Of a stretch of DNA of 64,000 bases, positions 44,978-54,686 are shown in pieces. The DNA comes from an uncultured Armatimonadetes bacterium (GTDB taxonomy: Bacteria > Armatimonadota > UBA5829 > DTJY01), in the NCBI GenBank assembly GCA_963717145.1, contig OY970325.1, positions 1,504,001 through 1,568,000 on the forward strand, in the 5' to 3' direction. Under the pieces are notes generated by a model. It did no database searches and was not told where the DNA came from. It worked only from the letters and a program-made list of their open reading frames with translations. A program made the translations under genes and the position numbers. Each line of letters begins with the position of its first letter. The first letter of the stretch is position 1.

Positions 44978-45805
44978 CTACTTGAACTCCGGAGGTGCGC
45001 CCGTCGTGCGCAAATCGACGAAGCGACGGGTAAATCCGCCGTCGCTGACGGCGAACACCGAGTATCCGGTCATTCCCTTGTCCGGGCCCGTGGAGAAGCT
45101 GACGGCAGGCGTCGTCAGGAAGCTGATGCCGTAGTAGGACGCCTCCATCGAGCGGTGATAGTGGCCTGTCAGAACGGCCTCGACCTTGTACTGCTTGAGC
45201 AGGTCGAGGATCTCGCCGCGCACCGGATTCTCTATCGCGTAGTAGTCGCCGTTCGGGTCGGTCGGCGTCCTGGTAAAGAGCGGCTGATGCTCGAAGATGA
45301 AGATGCGCTTGCCCCTGAACTTCGCGAGTTGCGCCTTCAGCCAGTTGAGCTGCATCCGTTCCGCCGGATAGCCGGTGTTCCAGAGCAGCGAGTTCAGCCC
45401 GATGAATATGATGCCCTCGTGCTCGAAGGTGATTCGATCGGGCCCGACGGCCCGGTTCCATGCTGCGACTTGCTCGGCGGCCTTCGTGGCTCCGATGGTC
45501 TTCATGTTGAGCAGGTCGTGGTTGCCCGGACTTACGTACATCGTCGCCACGAACGACTTGCTGATCTCCATGAAGAGCGCCGCGCTCTCCGGCGACCACG
45601 CCTCCAACGCATCGCCGGTATGGATGACGAACGCGGGCTTCAGGGCGTTCACCTGCCGGATGACTTCCTGGTACCGGGCATTGTACGCGGCCTGCTTCAC
45701 TCCCACATGCGTGTCGCTGATCTGCACGAAGGTGAAATCACCGTGCGCAGTGACAACGCACAACAACAAGAGGCCGGCAAAGAGAAGTGCAAGCTTGATT
45801 CTCAT
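44978..45805 (-). CDS. secreted calcineurin-like metallophosphoesterase
   Basis: SDTH, HTGD, PGNHD, FEHQP, TGHYH. Confidence 0.9.
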   Translation of the reverse strand: MRIKLALLFAGLLLLCVVTAHGDFTFVQISDTHVGVKQAAYNARYQEVIRQVNALKPAFVIHTGDALEAWSPESAALFMEISKSFVATMYVSPGNHDLLNMKTIGATKAAEQVAAWNRAVGPDRITFEHEGIIFIGLNSLLWNTGYPAERMQLNWLKAQLAKFRGKRIFIFEHQPLFTRTPTDPNGDYYAIENPVRGEILDLLKQYKVEAVLTGHYHRSMEASYYGISFLTTPAVSFSTGPDKGMTGYSVFAVSDGGFTRRFVDLRTTGAPPEFK

Positions 45806-46005
45806 CGGCAATACTCCTTGGGGTACTGGCATGGCAGTTTTCGGCGCATGCACCTACTTGTCCTGCCTGCCACTCAGCGACCTGCCGATTCTGAGCATAG
45901 TGCCGAGCCGAAGCTCAGCCGATAATGTAGTATGAGCAATCGCCCGCTCCTCGTGCAATGAAGGGATTCCCCTGCTGCGTCATCTAAGCCAGTGGAGAGT
46001 GTACT

Positions 46006-47255
46006 ATGCGTCTATTGCGGATCTCCGTCTTTCTGCTTTGCCTCGTTGTTTGCCAGGGTCTGATGCCATACCCCGTACCGGTTGCGGCCCAGATCGTCGA
46101 TGTCTCGGGCATAGACGTTCCGCCGGTCAGTGGCCCGGAATGCGTGAGCGGCTGCGACGAGGAACTGCGGAAGATCCGGACCCTCAACCGGATCCTGATC
46201 CCGATCCTGCGCCCAATCCGGTCACGCCCGTTCAACCTGTCCGACCGCCGGTCGATCCCGTCATTCCCGTGCAGCCCGTCGAGCCGCCGGTCACTCCTGT
46301 TCAGCCGGTCGCGCCGCCGGTCGTATATACTCCTCCCGCTCCCGATCCAGCACAAGTGGCGTTCGAGCAGGGGAAGCACGCCCTGCTCGACGAGTTCCAG
46401 CTCATCTCGGGGTCGAATGATGTCGCGCCGGCAATCACCGAAGATTTCGTGATGCCGTTGACGCTGGGTTCGGGAGCAGTGCCAATCAACCTGAAGCAGG
46501 GCGGACTGACTCAGGAGGAGTGGGATGTGGCGCGGGAGTGCCAGAGGAAGATCGATCTACTCAGCCCGAAGTGGCCGCCGAACGCTCAGGAGATGGCGCA
46601 GTTGGACCAGCTCATCAGCAAACGAAATGCACTCTGGAAGAAGGCGGTCGGCATCCCGGGCCTGACAGCGGATGAGCGCGAGCGGCTCAGGATCAAGCTG
46701 TACACTCGCGACGTCCATGCGACGGACGGCATGCTCCCGACGGTGACCTCCGCGCAGATCAAGGCGTGGTCGAAGCCGCCTCCTCCCCTGCCCGATCCGA
46801 AACGTCCCCCGGATGAGCCGTCGCCGGACCAGGTCAACCCGGTGGCGCTCCGGTTGATCGCCGATTTCACGGCCGACAAGATGCAGGGCGAGATCGAAGA
46901 CACTGCAGAGGAACTTGCCGAATCGGAGTTGGGCAAGCTCGGCGAAAGGTTCGGCGATTTCCTCGAGGTCGGAGAGATCGCGGTCGCCTACAAGGAGGGC
47001 GGCGCGTCCTCGGCGTTGTCGGAGACGTTCGACATCCTGGTCGGCAAGATTGCGATGCCACGTGCAGAACTCGCGGTCGAGGGCGGAAGGCTGTACTCGA
47101 ACCTGGTCTACCAGGCGCAGAACAGATTCATGACCGACGCCATGAAGGTGGCAAACGGCAAATATGACGCAAAGCAGTTCTCGTCGGAGCTCGACAATGA
47201 CCTGACGGTCGGGCAGAAGGCGACAAAGGAGTGGGTCTCCTATGGCGAGGAATAG
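46006..47255 (+). CDS. secreted hypothetical protein with Pro-rich linker; apparent -1 indel near 46160
   Basis: signal peptide in the 46006 frame (GGAGAG RBS) continues into DPDPQPDP...PVQP repeats in the 45999 frame. Confidence 0.6.
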
Positions 47256-49706
47256 ATTGATCATCATTCCATTGGCGATTCTCACACTGGCGAATGCGTT
47301 CTGTGCCGAGACGACGAACGTCCAGCCCGGTGTCACGATTGCGCTTCCCAGGGAGTGCAGTGTGAAGGTACGGTGGGTCTGCCCTCCGCTCGACGAGAAG
47401 ACCGTCGAAGAGGCGAAGTGGTATGACGTCGACTTCGCTGTGGACAACATCGGCCGCCCATGGATCGGGCATGATCTCGATCAGATCGTGAGCCCCACTC
47501 AGCAGTACCAGTACACAGTGGACAAGTTCTTCGATGACATGGTTTTCCTGGACAATGGCGCGCTGATCCTAAGCACGGCCACGCACATCGGATCGCCGAT
47601 GCCGCCCAGGGACAAGACGTTCGATTACCGAGGACTCCCTCAGGCAACCTTCCAGCCGATCGCCGAGATGCCGTACCCGGCCTGCAAGCTCTTCGCCGGC
47701 GCGTCCAACTGCCTCTATCTGGTCGGGCACAACTCGAAATCCGAGCAGAAGGAGGTCTACCTCCTCCGCCCGGAGAAAGGCGGTCTGCGCCAATTCACAC
47801 GTCTGTTCACTTCGAAGGATGACATCTCCGCGGTGACCGGCGATGGCGAGAGGACGTATATCGCCACCGACCGGCTGGTCCTCAAGGTGCTGAGCACGGG
47901 CGCCGTCTCGAAGGTCTACGCGCATCCGACTCAGCGGATCAGCGGACTGGCATACGATCCGCAGATCGGGCTGTTCTACTCCACCGACGAAGGCGTCGGG
48001 TTCATCGGCTCGAACGGCTCGATCGATCTGCTTGCCGCATCGAAGCCGGAGATCGAAGTGCGGCAGGGTGCCCTCTACATCTTCCTCCCGAAGTCATACG
48101 GCATTCTGGCGCTCGACAACGTTGCTGATCTGAAGCGGTTCAACCTGGCGTTCAAGGATGTGCCGGCCACCAAGTCGGCCGAGATCAAGGTAACGGGCGT
48201 GCGATTCTTCGAGGGCGGAGAATCGGCCCCGAGCCGGATGCTCGCAGTTTCGCGTCGAAGTTCGATCGCGACTCGACTCGGTACGTCTACTGCCAGGTGG
48301 ATACTGACAACCTGCTCTACCAGAAGCGCGCGCACAAGCAGACGCTCGCGGTCGAATTCCTCGCTCCCAACCAGGGCTGGGGTGAACCATTCACCTGGAC
48401 GGTGGATTTCACGACGGACATCCCCGGCGTCTGGTCGTGGGCGCGCATCGGGGCTGGGACTCCGGACACGCTCTATCCCGGCGAGTACACCGCAAAGGTC
48501 TACCTCAACGGCTCCAAGATCGACGAGCGGAAGTTCACGATCGAGGGCGACGCGACCGTGCTCCTGGCGGCCTACTTCAAGGACACCCCGCGCCTCAGAT
48601 CCCTGCTCGCCAGGGGCGGCGACCCGAACGATCCCGCAGAGGACGGTTCCACTCCTCTGGTTTGGGCGGCGTGGAACGGCTCGATGGCGGATGCGAAGCT
48701 CCTCCTCGACCGGAAGGCGGATGTGAACTCTCGGAATGCCGATGGCGAGACGGCGCTCAAGATTGCCGCCTCCCAGATCGATGCTGAGCCCCTGGTGCAA
48801 CTTCTTCTTTCACGAGGCGCTGACCCGAATGTCCGGGACAGTGACGGCAAGACCGCGCTGCATGCGGCGGCGCTCTTTGGCAGCCCGGCGCTGATGCGCA
48901 TGCTGCTCGAGCATGGCGCCGATCCGAATACCAAGGACAACAACGGCAGCACCACACTGCAAAGCATGAATCTCAGGTACTCTGACCCGATACTGGCGGC
49001 CAGGCCCGAGAACGTCGAACTGCTGCTGAAGAACGGCGCGGACCCAAATGCCACCGACCAGTTCGGGGCGACACCCCTGTTCGAGTGCGTCGAAGGGGGA
49101 AGCGTCGAGGCGGCGCGCCTGCTGATCGAGTACGAGGCCGACGTTAGTGCAATCCAGAAGGGAAGGGACGGCGCTCCGGACACGAGCGTGCTGGGCCGTG
49201 CGATCATGGGATACGGTTGGGAGGACGACCCGGGGATACGCGACCGAATCAGGGCAATCATCCGCCTGCTCAGCATGTCGGGCGGTCAGCTTCTACCCGG
49301 CGAAACGGCTCTTGCATTCGAGAACGGGATGGACAGCCTGCTCGACAGGCGCGTGATCAGAAGCTGCCTGGAGAAGAACGATCAGTTCGTGTTCAGCTAC
49401 ACGCCCGAGGATCCGGGGCTGAGGGCGCTCGTGCTCGAACGGCTGATCCGGATCGCGTTCTCCGGGATCGCATCGGCGAACTCGGCAGACGACTTCTCGA
49501 AGGTCTTGAACCTCTGTCTCGACGCGCGCACAAAGGCCGATATGTGGGGGCTGCTTCCGAATCATCCGGAGATCTCGTTCAACTGCGGGCTGCTGTGGAC
49601 GAAGACCGGCAACCCATCGAACGCGCGGATGTATCTCGAGGAGTACCTCCGCCTCGCTCCGAACGGAAGCGCGGCATCGAAGGCGAAGGATCTGGTGGGA
49701 CGGTAG
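47242..49706 (+). CDS. secreted protein with propeller-like N-terminus, ankyrin repeats and C-terminal TPR-like helix; apparent -1 indel near 48231
   Basis: ankyrin motifs GSTPLVWAA, GETALKIAA, GKTALHAAA, GATPLFEC; YLEEYLRLAPNG; ORFs 47242.. and 48297.. join if one G is restored. Confidence 0.72.
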
Positions 49707-50579
49707 TCAATCCTTGCGGACAATCTCGAGTACGCCGTACTTGCCGAAGTGTCCTCTCGAGCGCGTCGAGGGGATTCGGAGGTCGTACACCACGCCGTCG
49801 CCCTCGAACTCGGCGGTGTCGCCGGGCTTCATCACACTGCCTGTATTGATCGTATACGCGGTAGCGTTCGTCAGCAGGCCGTGGTAGTGATTGGAGTTCT
49901 CCTCGTCCTTGAACCTGATCTCCAGGTCGGGCAGCCCGAAGTACTGCATCCCGTGAGTATGCATCCAGACCCCGCCGCTGTCCGGCACGAGGTGCACCGA
50001 TGCGCAGAGCAGGAAGAGCGCCTCGCCGCTGAGCAGATCGTCATCCATGAACGCCTCGATCGTCTCCCTCTGGTGATACGCGGGCGATGATACGTTGACC
50101 AGGCCGACGCCGGGATAGAGCTTCAGGAGCGTGATCAGCATCCGGGCGACCGACCGCACGCATTGGACCGCCTGCTCAGGATCGGGCACGGATTCGACGG
50201 TCAGGACCGCCTTGTGGAATTCCAGGTCGTCGCGCTCCTGATTCGTGAGCGCGTGTGAGGTCATGAGCGCCAGGTCGGTCAACTGCTTGGGGAGCGGGAT
50301 GCCGTAATCCGAGATGACCGCCCGGCTGATTCCGTCCGCAACGGCATACCGCCGGACCTTGTCCTTCGGCTGAGCCCACTCCTGGTTCTCGTCGCATGTC
50401 GTGTCGCCGCCCCATTGCTCGCGAAAGGCACGGGTGAACTCCGCCGGGCTGAATTCGCTTGGCCCGGACAGAGGCACGGCGAACCGGAGAAACGACTCAT
50501 TGATCTCGGCGCGCCGTCTCGCCGACCACACCATGTAGAGAGCGATCAGCACGGCCAGTATGATGATGGCGTATTGCAC
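49707..50579 (-). CDS. membrane-anchored DUF4261-like protein
   Basis: WMHTHGMQYFGLPDLEI...MKPGDT; N-terminal TM. Confidence 0.6.
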   Translation of the reverse strand: MQYAIIILAVLIALYMVWSARRRAEINESFLRFAVPLSGPSEFSPAEFTRAFREQWGGDTTCDENQEWAQPKDKVRRYAVADGISRAVISDYGIPLPKQLTDLALMTSHALTNQERDDLEFHKAVLTVESVPDPEQAVQCVRSVARMLITLLKLYPGVGLVNVSSPAYHQRETIEAFMDDDLLSGEALFLLCASVHLVPDSGGVWMHTHGMQYFGLPDLEIRFKDEENSNHYHGLLTNATAYTINTGSVMKPGDTAEFEGDGVVYDLRIPSTRSRGHFGKYGVLEIVRKD

Positions 50580-50597
50580 CTGGAGTCTCCTGGCGGG

Positions 50598-51887
50598 TCA
50601 ACCGCTTGTCCTCGCTATCCTCAACTTCGGCCTGGGAGAAGGCTCTTCCTTCTCGTCCCAGAGGGCCTTAGCGAGCGGGAACGGTTCGAGCGCGCGATCG
50701 AGGATGCCGTGGACGAACGCGAGCGTGATGCCGTAGTTGGTCATCGGGATGCCGGCCTCACGCGCGACCTGCTGCCGGTAGCAGACCTCGCGGCGGTTAA
50801 GCGTGCAGGCACCGCAGTGGATGATGAGGTCGTAGGTCTTGAAGTCCGCCGGGAACTCGATCCCGGAGCTGAAGCCGAACTCCAGATCGCCGCCGACCAT
50901 CTGCCTGAGCCACCGGGGAATCTGGACCGAGCCGATGTCGTCGCCTTGCCGGTGGTGCGTACAGCCCTCGGAGATGAGCACGCGGTCGCCGATCTTCAGC
51001 CCCCGGAGCGCCTTCGCCCCCTGCACGAAGTCGGCCAGTTCGCCCTTGTAGCGCGCCATCAGGATCGAGAAGCTGGTCATCCAGATGTCCTTCGGGGTGT
51101 CGGCCGCAACCTTCAGGAACGCCTGAGAGTCGGTGATGACGATCTTCGGCTTGCGGCTAAGTGACTGTAGGGCGCTCTTCAACTCGCGCTCCTTGACGAC
51201 GAGCGCGTAGGCATCGTGATCGAGCGCGTCGCGGAGGGTCATCACCTGCGGGAGGATGAGCCGTCCCTTCGGCGCGGCCTTGTCGATCGGCACGACCAGG
51301 ACGATGATATCGCCCGGGTCGATCAGGTCGCCGATGATCGTCGGCTCGGCGAACCCCTCGGGCGCATTCGAGATGAGCGCCTGCTTGAGGCCGCCGATGT
51401 TCTCGCCGGTGACCGCCGAGACTGCGACGAAGGGGAGGCTCCTCTGCTGAGCCCAGGTTTCGATGGGACCGATGGGACTGATAGGACGAATATCAAGTTT
51501 GGTCTTCGCGACTACCATCGGGATATTCCGCTCGCGGATCATCTCGACGAGCCGATCCTCCCAGTCGGATGGAGCGCTGCCGGCTTCGATGGTCAGGACG
51601 GCGAGGTCGGTCTTCTCCAGGACTCGGAGCGTCTTCTCGACCCTCAGCTCGCCGAGCGCGCCGACGTCGTCGATCCCAGCGGTGTCGGTGATGATGACCG
51701 GGCCGATCGGAAGGATCTCCATCGCCTTGGTGACGGGGTCGGTGGTGGTCCCGGCGACCTCCGAGACGATGGCGACCTTCTGCCCGGTGAGCGCGTTGAT
51801 CAGGCTCGACTTGCCCGAGTTGCGCCGCCCGAAAATCGTTATGTGCATCCGCTCGCCGGATGGGGTTTGATTGAGGCTCGTGCTCAT
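50598..51887 (-). CDS. hydF: [FeFe]-hydrogenase H-cluster maturation GTPase
   Basis: GRRNSGKSS, GTTTDPV, DTAG, APKGRLILPQV, TDSQ, EGCTHH...HCGAC. Confidence 0.96.
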   Translation of the reverse strand: MSTSLNQTPSGERMHITIFGRRNSGKSSLINALTGQKVAIVSEVAGTTTDPVTKAMEILPIGPVIITDTAGIDDVGALGELRVEKTLRVLEKTDLAVLTIEAGSAPSDWEDRLVEMIRERNIPMVVAKTKLDIRPISPIGPIETWAQQRSLPFVAVSAVTGENIGGLKQALISNAPEGFAEPTIIGDLIDPGDIIVLVVPIDKAAPKGRLILPQVMTLRDALDHDAYALVVKERELKSALQSLSRKPKIVITDSQAFLKVAADTPKDIWMTSFSILMARYKGELADFVQGAKALRGLKIGDRVLISEGCTHHRQGDDIGSVQIPRWLRQMVGGDLEFGFSSGIEFPADFKTYDLIIHCGACTLNRREVCYRQQVAREAGIPMTNYGITLAFVHGILDRALEPFPLAKALWDEKEEPSPRPKLRIARTSG

Positions 51888-51903
51888 ATTCGTATTCGAG
51901 GGC

Positions 51904-52278
51904 TCATGGCCTTGGGACGAACTCGACTCCGGGTAGTCCCCGAAAATGGGCATCGCTGGTGACGACGGTAGCGCCCTCAGCCTGAGCAGTAGCATAGATG
52001 ATGGCATCAGCCATCGGAAGTTTGTGCTTGATCGCGATCTCTGCCGCAGCAGTCGCCAGCTCATCATTCAACGGAATGGTTCTGGTTCTGGCTACCTGGC
52101 CGGCACCGGCATAAGCCGAATCTGCATCCAGTTCACGCAGCAGATACCTGAACACCTCATACAAAATGATGGTCGGCGTGATGATCTCTTCACGTCCACG
52201 AAGATGCTGCTCGTACTCGTCCGCCAACTTGCCGCCGGCCAGGTAAGCTATCCATCCGACAGAGTCTATGATCTTCAA
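51904..52278 (-). CDS. vapC: type II toxin, PIN-domain VapC
   Basis: IIDSVGWI, ILYEV, LPMADAIIYATA, VTSDAHF. Confidence 0.9.
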   Translation of the reverse strand: MKIIDSVGWIAYLAGGKLADEYEQHLRGREEIITPTIILYEVFRYLLRELDADSAYAGAGQVARTRTIPLNDELATAAAEIAIKHKLPMADAIIYATAQAEGATVVTSDAHFRGLPGVEFVPRP

Positions 52279-52484
52279 AATCGGTCTTCTTCCTCTCGGA
52301 TACCATCGAGGGACAGACCCGGGAATGCGCCTTTCATCTCTGAGATGTCCCGGTTAGGAATGATCTCAATACGGTTGCCGATAGCTAGGATAGTCATGTC
52401 CTGGCCCTTACGTAACTTCAGGCTCTCTCGGATCCTCCGCGGGATGCAGACTTGGTACTTGCTGGAAAGCTTAACCTGAGCCAT
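52275..52484 (-). CDS. vapB: AbrB/MazE-family antitoxin
   Basis: KLSSKYQVCIPRRIRESL; 4-nt overlap with vapC. Confidence 0.88.
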   Translation of the reverse strand: MAQVKLSSKYQVCIPRRIRESLKLRKGQDMTILAIGNRIEIIPNRDISEMKGAFPGLSLDGIREEEDRF

Positions 52485-52555
52485 TGCGCCCTCCGTTCTA
52501 CACTTTTCTGATCGATCATGCTATTGTACAACACCAGACCGATGCAGTCAAGGCA

Positions 52556-53488
52556 CTAGGCGCTTTCGAACTGCTTCCGGGCAGCGGCAACCTGCTCTAT
52601 GGCGGTGAGGTGCTTCTCCCGCCACCTCGGTGTCGTCTGACGCCAGATCGTCTGGAGGAAGCCCTTCAGCCGCTCGGGGGCGATGTTCTCGCGGGCGAAC
52701 GTCACAGTGTCGGCGAAGTTGGTGTCGCACGACCAGTTCGCTCCTGTCGGGATCTGGTCGTAGCCGTGCTCCTCGAGGTCGAGGTATGCCTTCAAGTAGG
52801 TGTCTTCTTTGTTGAACGGCTCGCCGTAGTACCAGTTGCTCTGGAGGACCGATTTCGGCATCTTGTCCCAGAAGACCTCGGGGTGATGCCAGAGGTAGTC
52901 CGACCAGACCCACGGGCGCACGCCGCCAGCCTCGACCTGCTTGAAGAGGAAGTAGATGTCGTGCCACCAGAGGTCGAACTGGCGGCAGACGACATACTCG
53001 AAGTGCTGCTGGTGGGGATAGGTCTCCTCGTCCATGCCGAGATGGAAGAACCTCGGCTTGTCGAAGATGCCGATGATCTCGCCGATGAGGTCCTTGCAGA
53101 CGCCGTAGTAGGTGTCGGTCGAGAGCATCCTGGAGTACGGGCCGAGCCATATGTCGTGGCAGGCGGAGAAGTTGAGCTTCGGGATCGGCTCGATGCCGAC
53201 CTCGCGAAGGCGCGCGAGTTCCTGCTTGAGTCGGTCCACCGTCCATGCACCCTCGACGGCGATCTCGGGGTGGCTCTCGTACTTCACGGCGTCACCGAGG
53301 TCGAGGACGACCATGTTCACCCCGGCATCGACCATCCGCTCGACCAAGTCATTCCAGAGGTCTGTGTCGAAGCGCAGGTAGGGTCGCGTGACATGATCGA
53401 CGTCCCACACGGGGTCGTCGCGGTCGATCCACATGTTGGTGCTCAGGTGGATCAGCTCCGCCCAGATGAGTTGGTTGTTGTTGTTCAT
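52556..53488 (-). CDS. cytoplasmic GH20-like TIM-barrel protein
   Basis: IEPIPKLNFSACH, FFHLGMDEE (compare GH20 H.GGDE), WVWSD, NWYY; AAAGGA RBS. Confidence 0.6.
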   Translation of the reverse strand: MNNNNQLIWAELIHLSTNMWIDRDDPVWDVDHVTRPYLRFDTDLWNDLVERMVDAGVNMVVLDLGDAVKYESHPEIAVEGAWTVDRLKQELARLREVGIEPIPKLNFSACHDIWLGPYSRMLSTDTYYGVCKDLIGEIIGIFDKPRFFHLGMDEETYPHQQHFEYVVCRQFDLWWHDIYFLFKQVEAGGVRPWVWSDYLWHHPEVFWDKMPKSVLQSNWYYGEPFNKEDTYLKAYLDLEEHGYDQIPTGANWSCDTNFADTVTFARENIAPERLKGFLQTIWRQTTPRWREKHLTAIEQVAAARKQFESA

Positions 53489-53509
53489 TCGAAGTCCTTT
53501 CGGCCTCAC

Positions 53510-54225
53510 CATCAATGGCGAGTCTAGCAAATCAGAAGCATGCTGAAGCAAGCTGAGCAACCCGCAGCTTGCTTCAGCATGCTTACGTGCCATCAGCCTG
53601 ATGCTTCAACATCAGGGCCGAATGGATCATAGATCGCAGGTTCCTCCCGAACCATCGACGGTTTCCGATCGTCGTCCTCTGAGCAATCCTCAAGAGTCGG
53701 CCAGAGCTTGCCCGACGCATGATGCTCCTTCTGTCCGCTGATGTAATCCATCACCACTTGCAGGTTATCATGCCGGAAAGAGACAACCCCGTATCCCCGC
53801 TGCCATTCGAAGCCACGATCGCCCTCGGAGAGGTGGTTGATGTGATGAGAACTGGCCCCCTTGACCTCGCCAACGAACCTGGAGACGGACACTGAAGGAG
53901 GGATCGACGCACTTATGTGGACATGATCCTCCGTTCCATTCACCTCGAAGACCTCTCCGCCCAGAGCTTTGGCCTTCCTCCGCATGGCCTGGTGAACCTG
54001 ATCCTCGATTTCAGTGGTAATCCTCGGCTGCCGACCCTTGGTGGACCATACGATGTGGTAATACAGCTTGCAGAATGGCACGTTGCCTCCTCCCCTCATC
54101 ATCAATGATGAGTCTGTCGCGTTCAAAGCATGCTGAAGCAAGCTGGGGACAGGATGCGGTTCTCCGCCCAGCTTGCTTCAGCATGCTTCCGATACATCAG
54201 ACTGATGCTTTGACATCAGGTCTAC
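53510..54225 (-). mobile_element. IS200-like / REPtron-like element: Y1 transposase between two related hairpin cassettes
   Basis: both flanks (53510-53616, 54100-54225) read catcaatg..gagtct, hairpin with arm aagcatgctgaagcaagctg, then ctgatgctt..acatcagg. Confidence 0.75.
53593..54081 (-). CDS. tnpA: IS200/IS605-family Y1 (HUH) transposase TnpA, RAYT-like
   Basis: YYHIVWSTKGR, EDHVHI (HUH), KGASSH, WQRGY, DYISGQKEHH; GTG start after GAGGAGG. Confidence 0.92.
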   Translation of the reverse strand: MPFCKLYYHIVWSTKGRQPRITTEIEDQVHQAMRRKAKALGGEVFEVNGTEDHVHISASIPPSVSVSRFVGEVKGASSHHINHLSEGDRGFEWQRGYGVVSFRHDNLQVVMDYISGQKEHHASGKLWPTLEDCSEDDDRKPSMVREEPAIYDPFGPDVEASG

Positions 54226-54686
54226 GCCATCTCGTCCTGCTCGGGTGTGTTCTCCATTTCCGCCAGTTTTGCCTTGATGCCCTCGTGCAATGCCTTCGCC
54301 TCCGGATAGAGAAGGATCATGGCAAACAGATATGCACCGAATGCTATCCACCTGTCTCTCCCATCGGCAGCGATAGTCACTGGCATCATACAGAGCGCCG
54401 CCACCACCGCCTGCAGTGCCGTGCTGCCAATGTCAGGCGAGCGCAGTCCCACCGCCTCGTCCACATAGAAGCGAATACCTCGCCGCACGTCCCATTTCCA
54501 GAACAGACTGAACAGCAATCCTGCACATAGTCCGATGAGGAGTCTGTGCGGAATTGCATCGCGGAACCCGTACTTGGCCAGGGAGCACGCGACGATAGCC
54601 AGCCCGGTCGCGCAGACCGGCATTATCAACACCAGAGGATGGCTCCAATATGCGGCCGCTCTCTGCCACCAGGTAGGTCGTTTCAT
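54222..54686 (-). CDS. hypothetical membrane protein (about 4 TM helices)
   Basis: hydrophobic helices; ATG immediately follows the aspA stop, GGAGG RBS. Confidence 0.6.
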   Translation of the reverse strand: MKRPTWWQRAAAYWSHPLVLIMPVCATGLAIVACSLAKYGFRDAIPHRLLIGLCAGLLFSLFWKWDVRRGIRFYVDEAVGLRSPDIGSTALQAVVAALCMMPVTIAADGRDRWIAFGAYLFAMILLYPEAKALHEGIKAKLAEMENTPEQDEMA

